64,000 nucleotides of DNA, from assembly GCA_032718475.1 (NCBI GenBank), contig JAUCBJ010006518.1:10339-74338 (forward strand), in the 5' to 3' direction. The position numbers and the translations under genes are program-made. This DNA comes from Nemertoderma westbladi. Taxonomy: Eukaryota > Animalia > Xenacoelomorpha. Of this stretch, positions 42,001 through 50,827 are shown in pieces (the stretch's first letter is position 1; every line of letters begins with the position of its first letter). Below the pieces are notes generated by a model. The model did not search any database. It had not been told where the DNA came from and saw nothing but the letters and a program-made list of their open reading frames with translations.

Positions 42001-45000
42001 TTATTAACTCGAGGATTTATTAACTCGAGGATTTATTAACTCAAGGATTTATTAACTCAAGGATTTATTAACTCGAGGATTTATTAACTCAAGGATTTAT
42101 TAACTCAAGGATTTATTAACTCAAGGATTTATTAACTCAAGGATTTATTAACTTAAACACTGAACTTGATCTTCACCATTTATTAGTAACACTGAACTCT
42201 ACCATGTTTATAGTTTATAGAAGTATGATGGATGTATTCGTATTGTATCTGTTTTATATGATACTTTGTATGATGGAAGATATACGAATAAAATTAATAA
42301 ATAAATAAATATATTAAGTGTATTTTATTATCTGGTTACAAGCTGTATTTCCAGTGAAAAGCATTGGGACATGTCCCACTTGTAACTGAAATTATTCGAA
42401 AAATTTCCCACATATTGTAGTTACAGACATGGGACAAAAGGTTACAGGTGGGACACACATTTATCGCAATCTGGACTCATTCTACAATATATTCAAGCTT
42501 CGACACAATATACACTGAATTCTACACACTCTAAGCTTTCAGAAAATATATTGGTTATTGGGGTTTTCGAAAAAAAAAATTATTGTAAAAAATCTTCTAA
42601 TTTTGGCAACTTTTTTGTGTTTCCAGCCTAATAGACTTTATAGCAAATCGGTTCTCTAAATGTTAGTTTAGCGTCAAGGGAATATGTTTTGTTTCACAGC
42701 ATCCAGAATGAATGCACTGACGCCCAGGAGTTACTGGCTGATGAGACCCGACTTAAACTGCAGTTACAGACGAGATTGAGGCAGTTGGAGTCCGATAAAG
42801 AAGGATTACAGGACCAGTTAGAGGAAGAAGAACAGCTGAAAAGGAATTTAGATAAACAGTCAGCGACTCTTCAACAACAGGTAGGAGTGAGTGAAAATAA
42901 AGCCACGAGGATCAGAACACTGTAAAGTACTTTGCAACAACTATGTATGAAGTTTTCATATATTATAAGTGATAGAAACTGCACAAATTAAATTTGTTGC
43001 TGTATAAATAAATGTAAAAATAAACATAAATTATGTTATAAAAAGGTTACCTTATATTTAAACTGGCGTTTGGAGCAATGTTAATAGTTTATAGCTACTG
43101 GTTATTAAGGGCTACCGGTAGGTAATGCATTAGGCCTATCTTGCTGTCAGGCAATTATTAATAATTTCCAACATTGTTTATGTGGTAACCATTGACGGCG
43201 TGTTGTAAAGTCACGCTAATGGGACATTACATAAATAGTAATACACCAATACAATACTAAATGTACAGGCTGTAATGTCCTCAAAAGCTGTAAAGTGCTA
43301 AATTGCAACTCACTGTTAATACTAACGGCATTGAATAATGTTACAATGTTGGAATAATAACTATTTACATGTGTGTAAAGTAGCACTTTACAGAGTGATG
43401 ATCCGAGTGGCTTTGTTACACGAACGAACGTTAGTGAGTGAGTGAAAATAAAGCCACGAGGATCAGAACACTGTAAAGTACTTTGTAACAAGTATGTAAG
43501 TAGTTTTATTCCAAAATGTTAAAATTACGAAATGATTGTATATATATTATAAGTGATAGAAACTGCACAAATTATATTAGTTGCTGTATAAATAAATGTA
43601 AAAATGACATAAATTATGTTATAAATAAGTTACCTTATACGTAATGCTACAATTTTGGAATAAAGTTAGTAACTCATGTAGTACCGGTATTTAATTCTAG
43701 AAATAAATAATTTATTATTTCGCATTATCCCAATAACACGTAGGGTGGCATTACATTGTCGGGACCGCTCAATAATAATACCATTACACTAATGATATCC
43801 CATTACTGAAACTGAAAAGGCCCTGTTTTCGAATTATCGAATTAGCTCCAACCTGCACACCTAGCTCCATTTACTGCCGCTGTTTTTTAAACAATTGATA
43901 CAAATATTTGTATCTCTGAATCTCATTATCTATTAATAATAAATCAACTCTTTAACCGTAATTTGTATGCAGATTTCGGATCTTAAAAAGAAAACTGACG
44001 ACGATTCCATTGCTATAGAAGCTGTCGAGGATGCGAAGAAGAAGTTGTTGAGAGAGATGGACGCCCTGACAGCCAGGATGGAGAACCTGTCAGCAGACAA
44101 CGAAAAGCTAGAGAAAACTAAGAGAAGACTTCTCGCAGAGCTGGACGACTCTGTGTTGGAGATCGACCATCAACGCGGCAAGGTATCTAATTCTTTATAT
44201 TTTGTTAATGAAAACTTTCCGAAACATTGGCCGTACATTGGCGTTACATTATAAACTATCCGAAACATTGGCCGTACATTATTTGTCTTAGGGACGGTAT
44301 TTCATTTACACCGAGCAGTTTGCTTAAAAAACGAAACTTTATTTTTTTTAATATTACACTATATTGTTTGTGAGGGGTTGCAGTGGAAACTACATTTCAG
44401 CCATTCGGCGAAATGGCCCCCACCACGCCGTGATGAAATCTATCGATGTTTTTTTTTACTATAGTGATGTAAAGTGCTAATTATAGCAACGTTTGCGTTG
44501 ATTGTATTTATTATAATTTTGGAACTTTGAAATAAAATTTGTTTATTTTCATTTAGGTCGCCGAGTATGAGAAGAAACAGAGGAAATTTGATCAACATTT
44601 GAATGAAGAAAAATTAAAATCGGAAAGTTTGTCATCCGAGAAAGAAAGATGCCAGTCTGATGGTAAGTTCAGTTGAGAGAAAAATACGTGGGCGTTGCGT
44701 TGTGAGGTTCACAGTTTAATCGTAATTTATATTATTTAAATTTTTATATTATTATTATTAAAGTTAATTAAACGATAAGACGGATAGTATGTGTTGAGTG
44801 GCGATAATAAATGGCAATTTAATTTTATAGTGAGACAAAAAGACACTCAAATACTTTCAATTTCGCGGGATTTGGAAGAACTTCGGGAACGTTATGATGA
44901 ACAGGAACGAGCCCATAGGAACATGAAGAACGAGTACGATAGTCTAATATCGAGCAAGGACGACGCCGGGAAAAATGTAGGTTAAATGTAGAACGAGTAC

Positions 45001-48000
45001 GATAGTCTAATATCGAGCAAGGACGACGCCGGGGAAAATGTAGGTTAAATGTAGAACGAGTACGATAGTCTAATATCGAGCAAGGACGACGCCGGGAAAA
45101 ATGTAGGTTAAATGTAGAACGAGTACGATAGTCTCGTATCGAGCAAGGACGACGCCGGGAAAAATGTAGGTTAAATGTAGAACGAGTACGATAGTCTAAT
45201 ATCGAGCAAGGACGACGTCGGGAAAAAGGTAGGTTAAATGTAGAACGAGTACGATAGTCTAATATCGAGCAAGGACGACGTCGGGAAAAAGGTAGGTTAA
45301 ATGTAGAACGAGTACGATAGTCTAATATCGAGCAAGGACGACGCCGGGAAAAATGTAGGTTAAATGTAGAACGAGTACGATAGTCTAATATCGAGCAAGG
45401 ACGACGCCGGGAAAAATGTAGGTTAAACGTAAACGTAGCCGGGGGTGTAATTAGGTAATACACACCCAGAAAAAGTAAAATATACGAATAAGTAAGGAAA
45501 GCAACCTTCCTCTACCTGTTTAATAGATTATTTGATTATTCCATATGTTTTAGGTGCACGAACTGGAGAGGGCTAAGCGATCGATGGACGCCCAGTTAGC
45601 TGAGCTAACGAACCAGTTGGAGGAAACTGAAGACCAGTTGCAACTGGCGGAGGACGAGAAACAGAGGTTGGAGGTGAACTTCTCGGCGGCCAAGGCGGCC
45701 CACGAACGGGAACTGCAGGCCAAGGATGAGCAGGCGGAAGAGAAGAGGAAGAGCATCCTGCGACAACTGCGGGAGATGGAGACCGACCTGGAAGACGAGC
45801 GGAAGCAAAAGTCGTCCGCGATAGCCATGAAGAAGAAATACGAAGCGGATCTAAAGATACTAGATAGTCAGCAGGACATTGCCAATAAGAATAAGGAGGA
45901 CGCTCTCAGACAGTACCGTAAGATTTCGGGTAAGTTCTAATTATTATTATACTATAAAGTTATAGTTTGTTGTGTTTAATAGAAATTGTTATTTATTTAG
46001 TAATTAATAATTGTTTGTTATTGCATAAACCAAACCCATTGAACTAGATTACAGTATACATACAGACGGTGTTGTTTAGGCCTACCTACTCGAACCGGTA
46101 GCTGCAGTTCCTGAGTAGCGTGAACATACACTGTTTCGACATACCGGTACTGAGGCCTATCGACTAACTACGGTGTGCGGAGATGTAGGCCTACTGTTGT
46201 ACCGGTACACTATACAGATGGTCAGAGAAGTGAAAGTATGCTGCTGTGGGAGACCTGTACCAGGAGTACCGGTAACATGCCTAACTAATATGCTGTGTCC
46301 TATGGGCTCTACTGTAATTTTACCCTCCGTAATAACAAATCCACCCGCCGTATAAAGCGTCATTATGTGCATCCTCTTCCATCTCTTTGGAGTTACATAA
46401 TATTTATCCTCGTTATTTGGATGGTTCCTATTTATATATAAATGTGAACTTTTCAGGACAAGTGAAGGAATTACAGCGGGAATTAGATGACGTTTCTAGA
46501 CAACGAGATGAAATGGGGGCTTCTTCTAAGGAAGCGGAGAGAAAGGCGAGATCATTGGAAGGCGATATCAAACAGCTTCAAGATGTTAGTTATAGGCCTA
46601 ATTCTAATAAAAATAAATAAATAATTATCTATATTAAAATATATAACCCCCAACCCAGGCAACAACTATTACTATCTCAGCTATTGTGTTGCTGCCGTTC
46701 CCACACCGTACACCCCAATTTACGTTAATATATTTAAGGTAAGGAACAGGTTACTGTGGCACGCTATTCTAACCAAAACAATAAACTAAAGTCAATAGAA
46801 CACGTTAGTTATATATCGACCCCCTCCATAATCTATATCTGTAACAAATTATGAGGTGGTGATTGGTAACCTAATTCAATAACGATTTGTCTTTAATATT
46901 ATTATCTTGATTTTTTTAATTGAATTAATTTTAATTATTGTGGTCTTTATCGGTTGTTACATCTACTACTCTACAGGAACTTATTGCGGCGGAGCGACAA
47001 CGCAAAGCCGTTGAGGCTGAGCGAGACGAGTTGGCGGAAGAGACGGCCGGGTTAGCTAGTAACCGTGGCAACGCACTCGACGAGAAACGCCGACTCGAGT
47101 CGAAAATACAGCAGTTGGAAGACGATCTGGAGGAGGAGCAATCGAACGTATCGCTGTTCCAAGAAAAGTTAGAATGTTCAAATATTTCTACAATAATTTG
47201 TCGCTATCAGTTATTGTTTAAGTTTAGGTAATCCTACATCAAACTTTGTGTTGCAGATCGCACAAGTCGCAGCAGCAAGTAGATACGCTGACCACTGACC
47301 TAGCAACCGAACGATCTATCACGCAGAAGCTTGACAACGACAGACTCATGTTGGAACGACAGAATCGCGACCTCAAGCAGAAGCTGCAAGACTTCGAGGA
47401 AACTCAGAAGTCGCGAATGAGAACAACGATCCAGGGACTGGAGCAGAAGCTCAACCAGGCCGAGGAGCAGTTGTCCGCCGAGTCCAGGGACCGACAGGCC
47501 GCTAGTAAATCAAACAGAAAATTGGAGAAGAAAATAAAAGATTTGATCATGCAATCAGAAGACGAAAGAAAACAAGCCGATGTGTACAAGGAGCAGGTAG
47601 GTGGAGGTGTACAACTCTTAAACACCTCCCAGTGGGTTGTCGATCACATAAACTGCAGCTGGTTTGGGTTATAAACACCCACAATCTCTCTGGGTCCATG
47701 ATTTATCAATGAATATACGTTAGAGGTTACAGCCCAAACAATTATAACTCTATTGGTTGCAACCCAGATGTGATCCCATTGGTTACTAAAATCCAACCCT
47801 GCTGACTTACATATTGTAGCGACAACTATTATACCTAACAACAGTTACACATACACAGTTTGTTGTTGTTCCATTAGATCTCCTAGGTTACTGGATTACA
47901 ATTAATTTGTTGTTGATTAGGTTGATAAATACAACCACCGGCTGAAAGCGCAGAAGAGGCAGTTAGAAGAAACCGAGGAAGAAGTTACCAGGGTGAACGC

Positions 48001-50744
48001 ATCCAAGAGAAAATTACAGAGGGAGTTGGATGACGTTACCGAACAGAATGACACGTTACAGAGAGAAGTTACAACTCTACGTAGCAAAGCCAGGTTGGTT
48101 GATTTCAAATATAGTGATATATAGATAGAATACAACGCTAACTACACTAACCAAATCACACTAGGTATGTTACTTCTAGCTATGCTACCACTAACTGCCC
48201 TAAGTATGCTACCACAACTAACTACTAGAGTTGAAACAGAGACTTGTAACTGTTCTCTGATCTCTGGATTCTCCGGGCTAGTTTTTGGTCTCCGGATAGG
48301 TCTCTGGTTCCCGGGTATTGAAAACAGACATTTTACCCAGAGATCAGTGATTTGACAAATTAGAAATATATTTTTAAAAATAGATCCTGTACAACACAAA
48401 ATGTGAAATGAAGATAATTTTTCACAAATTTTTTACAATTATTTGTTTAATTTTTAACTATTTTACTTACCCCACTTCAACACAATTATGTATTCACTTT
48501 TACACTATTTCTAATAAATGTACCGATAATCTTTTATTTAATTAATTTAAGGTGCGTTTAATTTTAATTTAAATTAGCACCTAAAGATGGTTCTTATTTA
48601 AGGATTAAGGGCGCTTAATTTGAGCACTCATAAAGTTTAATAGTGAAAGAAAGGGCTGTTCTCCATTCAATTTGTTATAGGATAGATAATATGAAGACCA
48701 AATGGAGAGAACGAGCGTAACGAGGCTTGTAAATGGGGCCAGTATAGAGCACTATACCTGTGCACTAAGTATTCGTAAATGACTAAGTTTATAGTATATT
48801 GAAATGTATATGATTTGAACAATTGTAAAATAAATGCCTTTAATTAACAAAGTACCGGTACCTATGGCGCAAAACAAAATTATGTTACATATTATTAACA
48901 ATAACAAAATAAGAACGAATTAATAAACAAATAACCAAATTAATATTAATTAAGCCCCCCAAACTGTACGTGCACTTATTTTCTTACAATGGGTAAGGGT
49001 TGAAATGGGTTGGATTTACTTTACTGTAATTGAACCATAGAAAAATAGTTCTAAGGCCGTATGTACCTGTTTGTGTTATAGGGGAGTAATCAAATTGTAA
49101 GTAGAAAAATAAGCAAAGTCTCTGATCTCCGGCTCTGGTCTCCGGTATTTTTCAAAATAATTCTCCGGGTAGGGCTCTGGTTCACCGGGATTAAGAAAAA
49201 CAGGTCTCTGTTGCAACTCTACTAACTACACTAGTTGTGCTATTACTAACCACACTAGCTATGCTACCACTAACCACACTAGCTATGCTACCACTAACCA
49301 CACTAGCTATGCTACACTAACCACACTAGCTATGCTACCACTAACCACACTAGCTATGCTACCATTAACCACACTAGCTTTGCTACCACTAACCACACTA
49401 GCTATGCTACCACTAACAACACTAGCTATGCTCCCGCTAACCACACTAGCTATGCTACACTAACCACACTAGCTATGATACCACTAACCACACTAGATCT
49501 GCTACCACTAACCACGCTAGCTATGCTCCCGCTAACCACACTAGCTATGCTGCACTAACCACACTAGCTATGCTACCACTAACCACACTAGCTCTGCTAC
49601 CACTAACCACGCTAGCTATGCTACCACTAACCACACTAGCTATGCTACCACTAACCACACTAGCTATGCTACCACTAACCACGCTAGCTATGCTACCACT
49701 AACCACACTAGCTATGCTACCACTAACCATACTAGCTATGCTACCACTAACCACACTAGCTTTGCTACCACTAACCACACTAGCTATGCTAGCACTAACC
49801 ACACTAGCTTTGCTACCACTAACAACACTAGCTATGCTCCCGCTAACCACACTAGCTATGCTACACTAACCACACTAGCTATGCTACCACTAACCACACT
49901 AGCTCTGCTACCACTAACCACGCTAGCTATGGTACCACTAACCACACTAGCTATGCTACCATTAGCCACACTATATATGCTCCCGCTAACCACACTAGCT
50001 AAGATACTACTAACCACACTAGCTATGTTACCACTAACAACACTAGTTATGCTACCACTAACAACACTAGTTATGCTACCACTAACAACACTAGCTATGC
50101 TCCCGCTAACCACACTAGCTATGCTACACTAACCACACTAGCTATGCTACCACTAACCGCACTATCTATGCTACCACTAACCACACTAGCTATGCTACCA
50201 TTAACCACACTAGCTATGCTACCACTAACCACACTAGCTATGCTACCACTAACCACACTGGCTATGCTACCACTAACCACACTAGCTATGCTATAACTAA
50301 CCACACTAGCTATGCTACCACTAACCACACTAGCTATGCTACCACTAACCACACTGGCTATGCTACCACTAACCGCACTAGCTATGCTACCATTAACCAC
50401 ACTAGTTATGCTACCACTAACCGCACTAGCTATGCTACCACTAACCACACTAGTTATGCTACCACTAACCGCACTAGCTATGCTACCACTAACCGCACTA
50501 GCTATGCTACCACTAACCACACTAGTTATGCTACCACTAACCGCACTAGCTATGCTACCATTAACCACACTGGCTATGCTACCACTAATCGCACTAGCTA
50601 TGCTCCCACTAACCGCACGTTGTGTGTATCCTTTCTAGGGGCGGCGGCGGCAGGTCCGCTCCATCTCGATCCTACGCTCCTCGACGCACCGCCGCTGCAG
50701 ACACCGGCGACGGTGGGGACACACCCGACGGTGACGAAGATTAG
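1..50744 (+). CDS. MYH9/10: Myosin II heavy chain, non-muscle type (MYH9/MYH10/zipper-like); 3' part of gene, 15 coding exons, 5' end lies outside the window
   Basis: Exons 1-63, 577-984, 1389-1560, 12235-12359, 41391-41590, 42700-42880, 43973-44182, 44557-44662, 44831-44976, 45554-45929, 46457-46584, 46977-47167, 47257-47596, 47921-48093 and 50639-50744 are all GT-AG. Phases are compatible and they sum to 2925 nt (974 aa + stop). Hallmark rod motifs include [53 protein letters not shown] and [10 protein letters not shown] short acidic non-helical tailpiece ends the protein. Confidence 0.95.
577..984 (+). CDS. MYH9/10: Myosin II exon [13 protein letters not shown]...KQKRSIAE
   Basis: Poly-T tract + AAG acceptor; GTTAGT donor at 985; heptad coiled coil. 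Confidence 0.93.
979..1040 (+). repeat. Degenerate 15-bp tandem repeat (~4 copies, GCCGAG|GTTAGTGAG) spanning the exon-end/donor junction
   Basis: gccgaggttagtgag gccgaagtttgtgag gccgagcttagtaag gccgaggtttcagtaag. Confidence 0.7.
1389..1560 (+). CDS. MYH9/10: Myosin II exon [10 protein letters not shown]...EARQKYNK
   Basis: TAG acceptor at 1388, GTTAGT donor at 1561, phase 1. Confidence 0.92.
1795..2470. mobile_element. Foldback/MITE-like element with ~75-bp inverted arms enclosing a 17-bp minisatellite
   Basis: 1795-1870 (GTTTATTGTTTTGGTTCCCCCAACACGCCTCTGTAAC...) is the reverse complement of 2399-2470. A weaker outer inverted repeat lies at ~1730-1760 / ~2502-2540. No TSD identified. Confidence 0.65.
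1965..2392 (+). repeat. 17-bp tandem repeat (TAGGTCCCAAAGAGCGT) x ~25
   Basis: Directly visible; about 3 inverted partial copies (TAACGCTCTTTGGGA) at 1888-1938. Confidence 0.95.
2922..3844 (-). CDS. Nested HDO gene terminal exon ([12 protein letters not shown]...LEALQQ*)
   Basis: TTTTGTTTCGCGCAG acceptor, phase matches exon 3; ORF 2922..3857; AATAAA on minus strand at 2832-2827. Confidence 0.88.
2922..9461 (-). CDS. Nested antisense gene: heme-oxygenase-like diiron oxidase (AetD/BesC-type HDO) with duplicated domain, 529 aa, 4 coding exons
   Basis: Exons 9461-9167, 8770-8632, 8348-8116 and 3844-2922 are GT-AG with phases 1/2/1 and total 1590 nt with no internal stop. Motifs: [11 protein letters not shown]...[28 protein letters not shown]. 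Family assignment comes from recalled similarity to AetD-like proteins, not from a search. Confidence 0.85.
4163..8150 (-). repeat. 48-bp minisatellite (~83 copies) made of the last ~34 nt of HDO exon 3 plus its donor site
   Basis: Minus-strand unit GGCCACATACACGGGGATGAATTGTTCCACCAAG|GTAGGTGAGGAACG; the first copy is the coding exon end ([11 protein letters not shown]). Confidence 0.97.
8116..8348 (-). CDS. Nested HDO gene exon 3 (KLKRGVYHL...IEATE...[19 protein letters not shown])
   Basis: TTAG acceptor, AAG|GTAGGT donor, phase 1; corresponds to ORF 8108..8347. Confidence 0.88.
8632..8770 (-). CDS. Nested HDO gene exon 2 ([46 protein letters not shown])
   Basis: TTTCAG acceptor, GTTAGT donor; open in the required phase; absent from the supplied ORF track. 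Confidence 0.85.
9167..9461 (-). CDS. Nested HDO gene coding exon 1 ([15 protein letters not shown]...LGVYQT)
   Basis: ATG at 9461, preceded by an acceptor-like AAG/CAG (probable 5'UTR intron); donor CAG|GTTGGT, phase 1. Confidence 0.8.
10126..10202 (+). repeat. (GTC/GTT)n microsatellite
   Basis: Directly visible. Confidence 0.95.
10322..11560 (+). repeat. ~146-bp satellite subunits arranged as a 292-bp dimer (3 near-identical dimers plus ~3 diverged monomers)
   Basis: CCGCTAGAGGG recurs at 10328, 10473, 10620, 10765, 10912, 11057, 11204, 11360 and 11509. Confidence 0.92.
10328..11521 (+). promoter_or_regulatory. Cluster of 9 co-oriented CTCF-like motifs (CCGCTAGAGGGC)
   Basis: Matches the CTCF core CCRSYAGRKGGC (last copy has one mismatch). 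Three copies have CTGCAGTTCT starting 18 bp upstream, resembling the CTCF upstream motif. Binding is not demonstrable from sequence. Confidence 0.5.
12185..12207. repeat. (TA)n microsatellite
   Basis: Directly visible, just upstream of a myosin acceptor. Confidence 0.9.
12235..12359 (+). CDS. MYH9/10: Myosin II exon (M)[41 protein letters not shown]
   Basis: TTTTAG acceptor; CAG|GTAGGG donor; phase 1 in, phase 0 out. Confidence 0.92.
12326..38518 (+). repeat. 38-bp satellite, ~26.2 kb, ~680 copies; unit = last 34 nt of the myosin exon + GTAG
   Basis: Unit GGAGCAAGGGAAAGAAATACAGGCGTTAATACAG|GTAG; the first copy encodes [11 protein letters not shown]. Confidence 0.98.
38518..40995 (+). repeat. 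19-bp minisatellite (TGGTACTAACAAACAATAA) x ~130
   Basis: Directly visible; abuts the 38-bp array; consensus contains TACTAAC. Confidence 0.97.
41391..41590 (+). CDS. MYH9/10: Myosin II exon [18 protein letters not shown]...LQRTNT
   Basis: Long T-rich tract + TAG acceptor; GTTAGT donor, phase 2. Confidence 0.92.
41767..42153 (+). repeat. 16-bp tandem repeat (ACTCAAGGATTTATTA) x ~24
   Basis: Directly visible; two variants (A/G). Confidence 0.96.
42700..42880 (+). CDS. MYH9/10: Myosin II exon [20 protein letters not shown]...TLQQQ
   Basis: CAG acceptor, CAG|GTAGGA donor. Confidence 0.93.
42885..43638 (+). repeat. Dispersed direct repeat of ~170-200 bp (42885-43057 and 43436-43638)
   Basis: GAGTGAGTGAAAATAAAGCCACGAGGATCAGAACACTGTAAAGTACTTTG... 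occurs twice. Confidence 0.85.
43973..44182 (+). CDS. MYH9/10: Myosin II exon [11 protein letters not shown]...DHQRGK
   Basis: CAG acceptor, AAG|GTATCT donor. Confidence 0.93.
44557..44662 (+). CDS. MYH9/10: Myosin II exon [19 protein letters not shown]...CQSD
   Basis: TAG acceptor, GTAAGT donor; conserved EKKQRKFD. Confidence 0.94.
44831..44976 (+). CDS. MYH9/10: Myosin II exon (V)RQKDTQ...SSKDDAGKN
   Basis: TAG acceptor, GTAGGT donor. Confidence 0.94.
44927..45427 (+). repeat. 63-bp tandem repeat x8: last 50 nt of exon + first 13 nt of intron
   Basis: AGAACGAGTACGATAGTCTAATATCGAGCAAGGACGACGCCGGGAAAAAT|GTAGGTTAAATGT. Confidence 0.97.
45554..45929 (+). CDS. MYH9/10: Myosin II exon VHELERAKR...RQYRKIS
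   Basis: TTTTAG acceptor, GTAAGT donor. Confidence 0.95.
46457..46584 (+). CDS. MYH9/10: Myosin II exon (G)[11 protein letters not shown]...KQLQD
   Basis: TTTCAG acceptor, GTTAGT donor. Confidence 0.93.
46977..47167 (+). CDS. MYH9/10: Myosin II exon [10 protein letters not shown]...SLFQE
   Basis: CAG acceptor, GTTAGA donor, phase 2. Confidence 0.92.
47257..47596 (+). CDS. MYH9/10: Myosin II exon (K)[11 protein letters not shown]...DVYKEQ
   Basis: CAG acceptor, CAG|GTAGGT donor. Confidence 0.94.
47921..48093 (+). CDS. MYH9/10: Myosin II exon [17 protein letters not shown]...TLRSKA
   Basis: TAG acceptor, CAG|GTTGGT donor. Confidence 0.93.
48226..49221. mobile_element. Non-autonomous hAT-type DNA transposon (MITE), 996 bp
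   Basis: 21-bp TIRs TAGAGTTGAAACAGAGACTTG / CAGGTCTCTGTTGCAACTCTA (2 mismatches); perfect 8-bp TSD CTAACTAC at 48218-48225 and 49222-49229; subterminal TCTCCGG/TCTCTGG repeats. Confidence 0.88.
49222..50618 (+). repeat. 24-bp minisatellite (CTAACCACACTAGCTATGCTACCA) x ~58; degenerate copies also at 48138-48225
   Basis: Directly visible; ends 20 nt before the last myosin acceptor. Confidence 0.96.
50639..50744 (+). CDS. MYH9/10: Myosin II terminal exon, non-helical tailpiece (R)[34 protein letters not shown]
   Basis: CCTTTCTAG acceptor, phase-2 match, TAG stop. Confidence 0.88.
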
Positions 50745-50821
50745 TTGCCTAGCAACCAGACACACAAACTATTCCCGCACATGGCTGCTCTTATTCTGCT
50801 GAAGCTTCATTGGTTCTGGTT

Positions 50822-50827
50822 AATAAA
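50822..50827 (+). terminator. Candidate polyadenylation signal AATAAA of the myosin gene
   Basis: First AATAAA after the stop codon; AT-rich context, so weak evidence. Confidence 0.35.

Noticed and set aside
44825-45463. 212-aa minus-strand ORF ([21 protein letters not shown])n
   Set aside because: Antisense reading of the 63-bp repeat.
49545-50638. SVVSGSIA / MLPLTTLA repeat ORFs resembling mucin or antifreeze proteins
   Set aside because: Translations of the 24-bp intronic minisatellite, repeatedly frameshifted.
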